Positions 1 through 8,970 of a DNA stretch of 64,000 nucleotides are shown here, one piece after another. The position numbers were made by a program, and so were the translations under genes. The stretch covers positions 1 through 64,000 of the IMG/VR virus record IMGVR_UViG_3300045970_000794; one strand, 5' to 3'. This stretch comes from a virus. Position 1 is the stretch's first letter; the number at the start of each line of letters is the position of its first letter. Below the pieces are notes generated by a model. It had not been told where the DNA came from. It saw only the letters and a list, made by a program, of their open reading frames with translations, and did no database searches.

Positions 1-2
1 TA

Positions 3-356
3 CTCGCTGCGAATCATTTAACTACTTTAACAAAGAATAGTAAATCTGATAGAATCACAATATTAAGTGGTGCTTCTGGAACATTTCAAATTGGATTTAC
101 AGCTAATGTTAGCGTATCAAACACAACACCAATATATTGGTGTGGGATTTATAAGAATAATGTTTTAATTCCTCCAGCTCAAAGTTATATTTCAGCAACT
201 AATATTAGTGATAGATATAATTTTAGTCAAAGAACCGTAATTACTGGGGTTACTGGTAATGATTTTTTTGATGTGAGATTTAGTTCAGATAATTCAACAA
301 CTAGAAGTATTAAAATATATAATATAACATTTAACATGAATCGTATCGGGCCTTAA
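3..356 (+). CDS. 3' end of a gene cut by the window edge; beta-rich C-terminal domain, function unknown
   Basis: Frame 3 is open from the window start to TAA 354-356 (ends ...SIKIYNITFNMNRIGP*). It is absent from the ORF track because no start codon lies in the window. Confidence 0.45.
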   Translation, partial: LAANHLTTLTKNSKSDRITILSGASGTFQIGFTANVSVSNTTPIYWCGIYKNNVLIPPAQSYISATNISDRYNFSQRTVITGVTGNDFFDVRFSSDNSTTRSIKIYNITFNMNRIGP

Positions 357-427
357 CTGTAAAATAATATGTAATATATTAATTTTCAATAAAATAAAAG
401 TTTCCGATATTTATAAATAAAACAATA

Positions 428-983
428 ATGAATATTTTCATCAAAAATATGACAAACTTAGCATGTATTATATATGTTAAAAATGTATTGAAAAAACTAG
501 GTTTACGGTATATCAGCGTTGAACTTGGTCAAATCGAAATTATTGATGATATTGACTATAGGAAGTTACTTAAATTGAACATTCTTCTAAAAGAAGCTGA
601 CCTTGAATTAATGAAAAAACAAAGATACCATTTTAGCTGAAAAAATAAAATTAATTATATTAGAGCTAGTACAAAATGATGTATTGTTGAAACTCACTTT
701 TTCTAATTATATAAGCTCTACTTTAAATAGAAAATATAGCTTTTTAGCTAAAATTTTCCTAAAATTATATGGTGTCACAATTAAAAAACATATCAGTATA
801 ATAAAAATTGAAAGAATTAAAGAGCTTATTAAAAATGACTCTTTAAATATGTCTGAAATTTCAGATAAAATGCACTATAGTAGTTTATCACATCTATCGT
901 TACAATTTAAACAAATAACAAAGATGACACCATTAGAATTTAGAAAATACTGCGTACAATTAAAAATTGATGTAAAACGTTAA
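428..983 (+). pseudogene. AraC-family HTH regulator split by a 1-nt frameshift
   Basis: ORFs 428..640 and 684..983 are the N- and C-parts of one protein. The C-part has an AraC HTH (MSEISDKMHYSSLSHLSLQFKQITKMTPLEFRK). Shifting frame in the A6 run 614-619 gives a continuous ...KNKDTILAEKIKLIILELV... Confidence 0.6.
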
Positions 984-1372
984 TGTATATTTAAAACACT
1001 ACTAATATCCCATATGGTTTCCAACGGAATTTCTCTTTGTTTAACTATACCGTCTCGACAAAAAAGGATTTCCATTTCCAATTCTTGGAATAATGTTGTT
1101 TCAAATTCAAAGAGCTTAAATCCATTATTATATAAACCTATTGCATCAGAAGCAGTAAACCAATAATTCATGTCATCCAAATTTTTACCAGCACTTTGCC
1201 AAATAAGACCAGCTTTTCTATGAAGTTCTAAATTAAGTGGCATTGGGAAATCTTTAGCCACGCCATCTGGGCATAGAATATGAATTTTTTTACGTAATAT
1301 ACCATCCTTAGTATACCACATACCATCCTTATCATTAGGATTTTCGATTCTAAATATTGTTCTAGTTTCCAT
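980..1372 (-). CDS. hypothetical protein (130 aa)
   Basis: ORF track; abuts the next minus-strand ORF; no recognisable motif. Confidence 0.6.
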   Translation of the reverse strand: METRTIFRIENPNDKDGMWYTKDGILRKKIHILCPDGVAKDFPMPLNLELHRKAGLIWQSAGKNLDDMNYWFTASDAIGLYNNGFKLFEFETTLFQELEMEILFCRDGIVKQREIPLETIWDISSVLNIH

Positions 1373-1738
1373 TTATTTAGTGTTAGTTTCGATTTTTTTC
1401 CAATCTCTTACGTATGACTTTGTTTTAAACTTACCAGTGGCGAATTCACCGAAAAAACAAATGATATCAAGTGCCATTGGCAATTCTTCATATAATTTTT
1501 TCATGCGGTTAATTTCATCTTCACCATACAATGGGTCTTGTTCCGTATCTGGCTGAACTTCTTTTCCATCGTAGCCATGTAATATTAACCCAATATCATA
1601 TACAATCCTTTCACCATCGCTAAATGGTGTATTGAAATTTACTTGATGTGTAATATGTGGGAATTGAAGAGTATTCCATTTCAAATGCTTAATAAGCTTG
1701 ATATGGTCCTCTGTTACCTCAAATTTGATTAATGACAT
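1373..1738 (-). CDS. hypothetical protein (121 aa)
   Basis: ORF track; head-to-tail with its neighbours. Confidence 0.6.
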   Translation of the reverse strand: MSLIKFEVTEDHIKLIKHLKWNTLQFPHITHQVNFNTPFSDGERIVYDIGLILHGYDGKEVQPDTEQDPLYGEDEINRMKKLYEELPMALDIICFFGEFATGKFKTKSYVRDWKKIETNTK

Positions 1739-1744
1739 AATTTA

Positions 1745-1939
1745 TTATTTTACTTTTACATGTAATTCTTTTACCATTCCAAGTGCTATTTCACCTAGGT
1801 CAGTAGTATCACCAACAGTAATACCATCAATAAACACAATGTTTAATGATTCTATTTCATTATTATTAAATGATACAAGTTTTTCTTCAACATCTTCATT
1901 TAATTTTTCATCAGTATTAGATAATTCAATCTCATACAA
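1745..1939 (-). CDS. hypothetical acidic protein (64 aa)
   Basis: ORF track; same-strand packing. The antisense ORF 1698..2030 is low complexity and was discounted. Confidence 0.4.
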   Translation of the reverse strand: MYEIELSNTDEKLNEDVEEKLVSFNNNEIESLNIVFIDGITVGDTTDLGEIALGMVKELHVKVK

Positions 1940-1977
1940 TGTTTCTTTTTCATTAAAAATTTTAAATTTTATAATCT

Positions 1978-2844
1978 TTAGTTTTTATTTTTACATTTTT
2001 CACCATGCCACATGGTGTAATTATTTTTAGTTATCTCTAATCCACAATATTCACATTTAATTCTGGGTTTAGGCAATTTGTTTCGAACTTCTAAAATTTT
2101 ACCTAATTTTTCACCATGCTCTTTTGTTTTTTTCTTATTTTTAGAAGCCAAACTAAGTTTATTACGATGCTCTTCACTTAATGGTTTATTTTTTTTACTT
2201 TGATTCATTTTACTTTTTACTTCATCTGATAATGGCTTTCTTTCTATTTTTTTTTTATTTGGATTTAATTTACAATATTCATTGTGATGTGTTAATATAT
2301 CTAAGTGAAATCCTTCCTTACCACAAAATTCACATTTAAGCTTAGCCATTGGCTTTGTACCGCATTTTTCACCATGCCAACGAGTGTAATTCCTATCGTC
2401 AACTTCTTTACCACATTTCTCACAAATAACTCGTTTAAAAATTAATTTGTGCTTACCATATAATGGGTTATTTTTACCAGTTACTCTTTCACTTCTATTT
2501 AACCTTTCTAATTTAGAATATTCTTTTAATTTCATTTTCTCACAAATCTCTTTCCTATTAGGGTGGTTACTTATTGTATCACCACCTTCACCACCCTTCA
2601 TTATATTATAACCAATATCCAAATCAATTGAATCAAATTTAGATATCCAATATTGTTCTTGTGTATCTAATTCTTCTTTACTATAACAATGTTCTAATAT
2701 TTCTTTAGTGAAATTATCCTTACCATATTTTTTAATTGCTTTTTTCAACAATAAACCACTACCCAAATAATTTGGATTATTTTTAGAATCTTGACCAATA
2801 TAAATTTTATTATTGATTAGATTAGTTGTTTTATAGATTACCAT
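1978..2844 (-). CDS. GIY-YIG homing endonuclease with repeated Cys-His modules
   Basis: Starts MVIYKTTNLINNKIYIGQ...YLGSG (GIY-YIG) with NUMOD3-like NPLYGK. The first ~30 aa are nearly identical to ORF 60013..60645. Confidence 0.8.
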   Translation of the reverse strand: MVIYKTTNLINNKIYIGQDSKNNPNYLGSGLLLKKAIKKYGKDNFTKEILEHCYSKEELDTQEQYWISKFDSIDLDIGYNIMKGGEGGDTISNHPNRKEICEKMKLKEYSKLERLNRSERVTGKNNPLYGKHKLIFKRVICEKCGKEVDDRNYTRWHGEKCGTKPMAKLKCEFCGKEGFHLDILTHHNEYCKLNPNKKKIERKPLSDEVKSKMNQSKKNKPLSEEHRNKLSLASKNKKKTKEHGEKLGKILEVRNKLPKPRIKCEYCGLEITKNNYTMWHGEKCKNKN

Positions 2845-2903
2845 ATTTATTACTTTACATATAAATATGTTGTGATGTAACAAAGTTTACTTTTGGTGAT
2901 GAA

Positions 2904-3254
2904 TTAAACTTTCTTAAAATATATATAATCAGGATACCCATCTTTAAAAACGAACAAAGTAACTGGACATAACCATATTATTATATCAATTTTTTCACCT
3001 AAATAATTATCCAATTGATAATAAGCACCACTTTCATATTCAGATGGTCCAAATTTTTCAAATACTAATACATCAGCATCTTCAAATGATTCTTCTGATA
3101 GTATCAAATCGATTGATTTTTCATCGCCAGCTATTTTATCTAGCATAAGGTCAGCACCACTAACCATTTCTAAGTCTTCTTTAAGACCAGTCCACTCGGG
3201 AAGAACTATAAACCAACGGTCCGATTCTTCTTTTACAAAATTAAACGTTCTCAT
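2904..3254 (-). CDS. hypothetical protein
   Basis: ORF track trimmed to MRTFNF...; GGAGG lies 5 nt upstream of ATG 3254. Confidence 0.55.
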   Translation of the reverse strand: MRTFNFVKEESDRWFIVLPEWTGLKEDLEMVSGADLMLDKIAGDEKSIDLILSEESFEDADVLVFEKFGPSEYESGAYYQLDNYLGEKIDIIIWLCPVTLFVFKDGYPDYIYFKKV

Positions 3255-3385
3255 TTTTAACCTCCATTTCATTAACTTTACGCAAAGATACATATATTTT
3301 TTTAAATAAACAAGGAATTTAAAAATTAATTTTTAAAATATTTACATTTAATATGTTTTGTATATATTTATAATAAAAAAGATAT

Positions 3386-3536
3386 ATGAAAAAAGAAAAA
3401 ACATTTTTAATTAGAATTGATGAAAACATACATAATCAATATAAAGAATTGTGTAAAAAAGCATGGGTTTAATATGAGTCAAAGAATAAGAAATTTCATT
3501 TTAAAAGAAATTAAAGATTTAAATAATGAGAAATAA
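3386..3536 (+). pseudogene. ribbon-helix-helix (CopG-like) small protein interrupted by a frameshift
   Basis: MKKEKTFLIRIDENIHNQYKELCKK continues as HGFNMSQRIRNFILKEIKDLNNEK* only after a frame change in the A6 run 3455-3460. Confidence 0.45.
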
Positions 3537-3573
3537 ATTCATTTGTAGTTAATTTATTTCTAAATCAATTTCA

Positions 3574-4302
3574 GTGTATGGTGATAAATATGATTATTCT
3601 AAAGTTGATTACAAAAATAATTACACTAATGTAATTATCATATGCCATAGACATGGCGAATTTAATCAACGACCAAATAATCATTTAAATGGTAGCGGAT
3701 GTTTAGCTTGTGGGATGACTAATGGACATATTAAATTATTAGATGATACCAAGTCATTTATAGAAAAAGCACAAATCATTCATGGTAACAAATATTTCTA
3801 CGATAATGTTAATTATGTTAACGTTAAAACTAAAATATCAATAATTTGCCCTAAACATGGTGAATTTAAACAAACTCCGAATAAACATTTAAGTGGTGAT
3901 GGTTGTCCAATCTGTAAAGAAAGTAAAGGTGAGCGTAATATAAGATTGTGGTTAGAATTTAACAATGTTAATTATATCCCTCAGCATAAATTTAATGATT
4001 GTAAAAATATTAGACCATTACCATTTGACTTTTATCTTCCAGACTATAATATATGCATTGAATACCAAGGTGAACAACATTATAGACCAATTAAACGTTT
4101 TGGTGGTATCAATAAATTTGATAAAACTGTTCAACATGATAAAATAAAAAAAGAATACTGTGAATCGAACAATATTATTTTAAAAGTTATTAAATATACT
4201 GACGATATTTTAACTAACTTGCTTAACATCAATACAATTAACATCTTGAAGTTTAGCCCAGAACCTAGCTCCTTTAAATTTACCATTTTTAATGATAAAT
4301 GA
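3574..4302 (+). CDS. endonuclease-like protein: two Zn-ribbon repeats plus a C-terminal PD-(D/E)XK (DUF559/Vsr-like) domain
   Basis: Repeats are GDKYDYSKV..IICxxHGEF.Q.P..HL.G.GC..C; the C-terminus has PFDFYLPDYNICIEYQGEQHY. Shorter paralog of 8971..10503. GTG start follows an in-frame TAA at 3550. Confidence 0.7.
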   Translation: MYGDKYDYSKVDYKNNYTNVIIICHRHGEFNQRPNNHLNGSGCLACGMTNGHIKLLDDTKSFIEKAQIIHGNKYFYDNVNYVNVKTKISIICPKHGEFKQTPNKHLSGDGCPICKESKGERNIRLWLEFNNVNYIPQHKFNDCKNIRPLPFDFYLPDYNICIEYQGEQHYRPIKRFGGINKFDKTVQHDKIKKEYCESNNIILKVIKYTDDILTNLLNINTINILKFSPEPSSFKFTIFNDK

Positions 4303-4671
4303 TAATGAACTAAAATCCCTAGCACCTTTTCTAATATAAACTCGGTCAACACCCAATTCAGTCTTAGCTGGTAGTGTAACTTTAAATGCACCATTAATCT
4401 TATCTGGGTTGCATTTAATGTATGATACAATCATTGTTTGGTATTTACTATAATCGAATAATTTACCAACCTTATCAAGCTTACACGATTCATAAATTAC
4501 ATGCATCGCATTCATACCTTCAACTGTTGACCAGTATTGTTCACCATGACTAGTATGCTCAAACCCATAGAATTTAGCTAATCTATTATTTCTAGCTTCT
4601 GGGTGTAACATAAAGGTCCATTCACTTTCTAATGTGATAATATCACCGATATCTGGAATATTTAATTTCAT
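4210..4671 (-). CDS. hypothetical protein (153 aa)
   Basis: ORF track; ATGA-type overlap with the upstream ORF 4668..5063. Confidence 0.6.
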   Translation of the reverse strand: MKLNIPDIGDIITLESEWTFMLHPEARNNRLAKFYGFEHTSHGEQYWSTVEGMNAMHVIYESCKLDKVGKLFDYSKYQTMIVSYIKCNPDKINGAFKVTLPAKTELGVDRVYIRKGARDFSSLSFIIKNGKFKGARFWAKLQDVNCIDVKQVS

Positions 4672-5063
4672 TCGTCTTTATTTTTTAATTTATCTAATTC
4701 AATAATTAATTGATTAATAAAATCCTTAGACATCTTATCCTTTGTTATTCTACTTACAAGTTGTTCAGCTAATTCTTGTGCTGATGAATTAATCTTAGTT
4801 TTAGTATACTCCAATAACTCACCATTATACCGCTCAATCATTACATTGATGTTATCACAAGTCAATCTAAATGCACCTCTAACGTATTCACCAATTTCAT
4901 TCAATAATATACTTTTAATAGCTGCCTTAGCTACTTCTGGGTCAGCAACAACAAGCTCACCGTTTATTTTATCAACAAAATTAATTATATCTTCATATAA
5001 ATCTATTTTTTGATTTTTTAAGGTTGCAAACCCGTTTGTGTTAACTTCTGATATTCTAGCCAT
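4668..5063 (-). CDS. hypothetical protein (131 aa)
   Basis: ORF track; overlaps both neighbours by a few nt. Confidence 0.6.
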   Translation of the reverse strand: MARISEVNTNGFATLKNQKIDLYEDIINFVDKINGELVVADPEVAKAAIKSILLNEIGEYVRGAFRLTCDNINVMIERYNGELLEYTKTKINSSAQELAEQLVSRITKDKMSKDFINQLIIELDKLKNKDE

Positions 5064-5760
5064 TTTTTGTTTCTACTTTTTCTCTCATCCACATATTATG
5101 TTCAATCAAAGATAATTTAGTTGCTAACCAATCGGTTTCTGGATTGAAGCCAGCTTTATCTTCAAATAAAACATTCATATAAGGTTTATTGTCGAAAAAT
5201 CCATATTTTGAATTCTCAGCTTCTGGATTTTCATTAACGTATTTAAATTTTATCCCGTTTTCAATAAAAAAATCAAGATATTTATCAATTTCATCTAAAT
5301 GAGAACAAGTATACAATACCATTACAACATCATGGCGTTTACTTAAAACTTGCATCACTTCTTTAGCTATAGGATAAAACTCAGTACATATATCCCCAGA
5401 CTTATAAGTTGGTTTTAATAATGTACCATGAATGTCGAAAAACCAATATGTTTTTTCCCATTTACGTTCAGCTTTAACTTTAACAGCTGTATCAATCGCA
5501 TTAACAATTGATGGTTTATGAGGGATTAATTTCTCTAATTTTTCCTTAGCTTCATTTAAACTAACCCTGATTTTATCCCTAATTATATTATAAATTTCGG
5601 TTTTCAACTCATTATTAACCGTTATTTTAAGCCTATTAGCACCATCTTCAAACTGAATCGATGTAATAGTATCTAGAGAATCAAATTCAGTTATAAGCTT
5701 ATAACAATCATTAATTGTTTCAAATAATTCTTTAGCTTGTTCAAATGTATTAGCATCCAT
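5056..5760 (-). CDS. protein with a C-terminal HAD-like phosphatase fold
   Basis: Motif WFFDIHGTLL followed by a ...LFEDKAGF pattern. A TAnnTTTG promoter lies upstream. Confidence 0.5.
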   Translation of the reverse strand: MDANTFEQAKELFETINDCYKLITEFDSLDTITSIQFEDGANRLKITVNNELKTEIYNIIRDKIRVSLNEAKEKLEKLIPHKPSIVNAIDTAVKVKAERKWEKTYWFFDIHGTLLKPTYKSGDICTEFYPIAKEVMQVLSKRHDVVMVLYTCSHLDEIDKYLDFFIENGIKFKYVNENPEAENSKYGFFDNKPYMNVLFEDKAGFNPETDWLATKLSLIEHNMWMREKVETKNG

Positions 5761-5784
5761 AAATAACTTTTCATTAATTTATTG

Positions 5785-5816
5785 CAAAGATAAATAAAAA
5801 AAAGGGAAAATACAAG
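5785..5816 (-). promoter_or_regulatory. Bacteroidota-type promoter (CTTG-N20-TATCTTTG)
   Basis: Minus strand reads TATCTTTG at 5792-5785 and CTTG at 5816-5813, about 25 nt upstream of ATG 5760. Confidence 0.5.
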
Positions 5817-5826
5817 TTTTTCCCTC
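5794..5826 (-). terminator. intrinsic terminator after the NAMPT gene
   Basis: Hairpin GGGAAAA / TTTTCCC (5804-5824) is flanked by A and T runs. Confidence 0.6.
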
Positions 5827-5849
5827 TTTTTTTTGCATAATTTATATAA

Positions 5850-7424
5850 TTAAACTAGTACACTAGCAATTACTGGCACTTTAGCTTTCGCTCTTACTTC
5901 TTCGAAACTCCATTCCTGTGTAATAACACCGTTTTCGAAGACAGTTACCATAACATCTTCAGCTTCTTCAAATCCAGCTTCTTTAGATGTAATAGTCCTA
6001 TAGCTATCAGCAGTCTTAATAAGCTTCATTCTACCAGACTTAGAATTCTTGAAACTACGGATAATATTACCATCAGCATCAATTTCAGTTGGGTGTTTGA
6101 TTAGATTTGTTTCTTTACCATTAATGACAGCAAAACAAGCTTTGAATGCGAAATTTTGAGTATCACGGTTGATATCAGCTTGTAATAATTTACCACCCAT
6201 ACCGAATACTAAATTTTCCATACTGATTTTTTCTTCAACTAACATCGCTAATATTTCAATAATGCTATTAAGATTTACACCATCACCTTGAATCACACGA
6301 ATTTGTGGTGGAAGTACTCTAAAACCTTTTGTATTCACTGTAAATCCAAATTTATCGAATAAAATATTGAATACTTCAAGTAAAGTTCTTTTAGGGTCAC
6401 CACTATCTGGGCGAACCACTAATTGATTACCTGGTTCCGATGGACGGCTCAATATAAGTTCTTTCAATTCCTCACCCCAATATTGTCCACATGCTCTGAA
6501 AATGTTATAACTATCAGAAACGCACGCAACAGGACCTGTTGGGAATACTTGAAGTACTCGCTTCATCACATTACATTCACCTTCTTCACCTTCTTGAGTC
6601 ATAACACTATGCTCAGTTGCTGGAATTGATGCTACATAGATTTTATCACTATTGTAGAACTCAACTGGGGCTTTACCAGCATATACGTTATCAGAACCAC
6701 AGAAATTAACTAAGTGGGCTGAACCACCATTTCTGGCTGATTGTACAGATGATACACCTCTGAAACCAAAATCATTAAGAACGAATTCAGCAATGAATTC
6801 AATAGTTTCAGCTGGTAAATCACAAGTGTCATTGAAAGCTTTCATAACAACTTTCTTAACTTCTCTTGATAATGTAGCTACGGTGATTGGGTACCAAATT
6901 TGTAATAGAATACTTTCTAGGAAGTTGGTTAACCAAGAACAGTTATCATCAGTATTTTCAACGGTCATAAGAACGTTTTTAACTGGTACTGATATACCTT
7001 CTGGAACTGCTTTAATTTTAATAGGTAATTTACCACCATGTTCATTGAGAATATATTCCCATTTAGTGCGGTCGAATACACCTTCTTTACCAAAAACTTG
7101 TGTTAAATACCATTCAGCTTCATCAATGTCTTCCATTGTGAATGTCATACCTTGAAGATATTCTTTAATGAAAATCTGTAAACCATAGAATACGGTTTCA
7201 TCAAACTTACCACCCCTACTTTCTAAGTATGAGTAAATTTTAGTTGTTCCTTTAGCATAAATCTTGTGATGGGAATATTTGTATGCATCCGACAATAAAA
7301 TTAAGTTATGTGGCTTTTCAAGAGCTTTAATTAATAAAGGCTCCATATCTACAATTGCTTCGAAGTCACGATTTTTAATCGCTTCGGCTAATCTTCTTTT
7401 GAGTAATCTCTGTAATGATTGCAT
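5850..7424 (-). CDS. nadV: nicotinamide phosphoribosyltransferase (NAMPT)
   Basis: Family hallmarks LLSDAYKYSHH, DFGFRGVSS, GSDN, IPATEHSVM, VRPDSGDP and VIQGDGV. Confidence 0.9.
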   Translation of the reverse strand: MQSLQRLLKRRLAEAIKNRDFEAIVDMEPLLIKALEKPHNLILLSDAYKYSHHKIYAKGTTKIYSYLESRGGKFDETVFYGLQIFIKEYLQGMTFTMEDIDEAEWYLTQVFGKEGVFDRTKWEYILNEHGGKLPIKIKAVPEGISVPVKNVLMTVENTDDNCSWLTNFLESILLQIWYPITVATLSREVKKVVMKAFNDTCDLPAETIEFIAEFVLNDFGFRGVSSVQSARNGGSAHLVNFCGSDNVYAGKAPVEFYNSDKIYVASIPATEHSVMTQEGEEGECNVMKRVLQVFPTGPVACVSDSYNIFRACGQYWGEELKELILSRPSEPGNQLVVRPDSGDPKRTLLEVFNILFDKFGFTVNTKGFRVLPPQIRVIQGDGVNLNSIIEILAMLVEEKISMENLVFGMGGKLLQADINRDTQNFAFKACFAVINGKETNLIKHPTEIDADGNIIRSFKNSKSGRMKLIKTADSYRTITSKEAGFEEAEDVMVTVFENGVITQEWSFEEVRAKAKVPVIASVLV

Positions 7425-7436
7425 AGTTAAGTTATT

Positions 7437-7985
7437 TTAATTGTTATTGTTTTTATTTAATGAATCCCACCAAATGGTGAATTTGTCTAAAGCTTTTTCT
7501 AATGCGTTGTCACCAATAACTATATCTTCATAATGATAAGGTGATTTAGTCTCGCCATCGGCATGACTTAAACCACTTCGTATTGTACAAAAACTACCAC
7601 CTTCAGTAATTTCAAACCAATCAACCATTGTCATATTACCAAATTTAAATTCTGGATTACATGATAACACTTCTTTCTTCGTCATAACTGATTTGGGGTA
7701 TTTACCATTCCACCATTCATACTCACTATTTTCAGTTTTGAATCTGACATAATGAACATCATCATTTTTAATTTCTTCCAAAATTTCAGTAACAATGGTT
7801 GTTAACCACCAATCTCTCTTACTGTAAGTTCCAGCTATTAAGCTACCAACCTTCATAGAACAACCAACAACTGGAATATGATTAACAACACTTTTGAATG
7901 TATTATCTTCATTCCATTCAATAGCTTCAGATGAAGCACCAACGTAGCCCTCACCATCACTAACACGTCTTAAACTAAATGACAT
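7437..7985 (-). CDS. hypothetical protein (182 aa)
   Basis: ORF track; overlaps the upstream NMNAT gene by 11 nt. Confidence 0.6.
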   Translation of the reverse strand: MSFSLRRVSDGEGYVGASSEAIEWNEDNTFKSVVNHIPVVGCSMKVGSLIAGTYSKRDWWLTTIVTEILEEIKNDDVHYVRFKTENSEYEWWNGKYPKSVMTKKEVLSCNPEFKFGNMTMVDWFEITEGGSFCTIRSGLSHADGETKSPYHYEDIVIGDNALEKALDKFTIWWDSLNKNNNN

Positions 7986-8922
7986 TTTTATTTTCTTTTA
8001 AGTATTTAATTAATTTTTCCATTAATACAATATGTTCTGGTACTATCAACATTTCCAATCCTTCATAATCCATATCAAGTAATGAGTCAATATTAAACCA
8101 CATCAATGCGCTAATATCGTCAGATGGCTTAATAGCACCATATATGAACTTACCAATAAATAAACTTGTAACAATCCCAGAACGTTCTTTAGCATATCGC
8201 CAATCTGGAACCTTAATACTACCAACATATTTTAAATCATCAATCTCACAGTTGCCAGATTCTTCTCTGAATTCTCTTTTAGCGGCAAATTCTAATGATT
8301 CATCACTTACATCCACATGACCACCAATGAATCGCCATTTCTCTTCATTTGGCTTCTGAGCGAGTAATAATTGCTCTTTATCATTATAAGCAACAACATC
8401 AACACATGGATAAGCTACTGGCCATTGTGCTGTGCATGCATGAATAACACCAGCTCTAAAATCTTCTGATTCTAATATTTCCCTAGAAACTTGTTTACGA
8501 ATTTCAGTACCCGAGTAGAAAATATCAGTTATTAATTCAACACTTTGGTACTTACCAGAGTAAAATGGTAGGAATGAATCTCGACTACCATATAATAATG
8601 CACGTTTTTCACCGAAAGGAACTTTAATCATGCTATCTAACTCATGACTCCAAGCTTCGTTTGAGCGATTATCTTTTATTGGTAGAATAATAACGTTTGG
8701 ATATAATTTTTGGACCATTGCTTTCCTTGTGGCAAAATCTAAAGGATTATGGTCAGTATTTTGTACTTGTGGAATACCTAGGAATATGATAACTTTTTTA
8801 TGATTATTACATATGCTATCAATTAGCGCAATATGTCCCTCATGTAATTTATGTACTTGAAATCTTGCAATCATTACACCGACTTCAAAATCAGATGGGT
8901 TTGTACTATTTTTAATTTCCAT
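7975..8922 (-). CDS. natV: bifunctional NMN adenylyltransferase / Nudix hydrolase
   Basis: N-terminal nucleotidyltransferase motif GVMIARFQVHKLHEGH and C-terminal Nudix box GGHVDVSDESLEFAAKREFREESG. Start trimmed to MEIKNST. Confidence 0.85.
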   Translation of the reverse strand: MEIKNSTNPSDFEVGVMIARFQVHKLHEGHIALIDSICNNHKKVIIFLGIPQVQNTDHNPLDFATRKAMVQKLYPNVIILPIKDNRSNEAWSHELDSMIKVPFGEKRALLYGSRDSFLPFYSGKYQSVELITDIFYSGTEIRKQVSREILESEDFRAGVIHACTAQWPVAYPCVDVVAYNDKEQLLLAQKPNEEKWRFIGGHVDVSDESLEFAAKREFREESGNCEIDDLKYVGSIKVPDWRYAKERSGIVTSLFIGKFIYGAIKPSDDISALMWFNIDSLLDMDYEGLEMLIVPEHIVLMEKLIKYLKENKNVI

Positions 8923-8970
8923 AAAACTATTTTTTTTAATGTTGGTGCAAAGATAATACAAATATTTTTA

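Noticed and set aside
3526-3576. An in-frame TAA (3550-3552) between an ATG-initiated 8-codon stretch and the Zn-ribbon endonuclease ORF could hint at stop-codon recoding.
   Set aside because: This is a single instance, the other ORFs terminate normally on TAA/TAG/TGA, and no suppressor tRNA was identified. An N-terminal truncation with a GTG restart is simpler.
4210-4302. 93-bp convergent overlap between 3574..4302 (+) and 4210..4671 (-).
   Set aside because: This is probably just a late stop in AT-rich sequence after the conserved end of the plus-strand protein. It has no independent signal.
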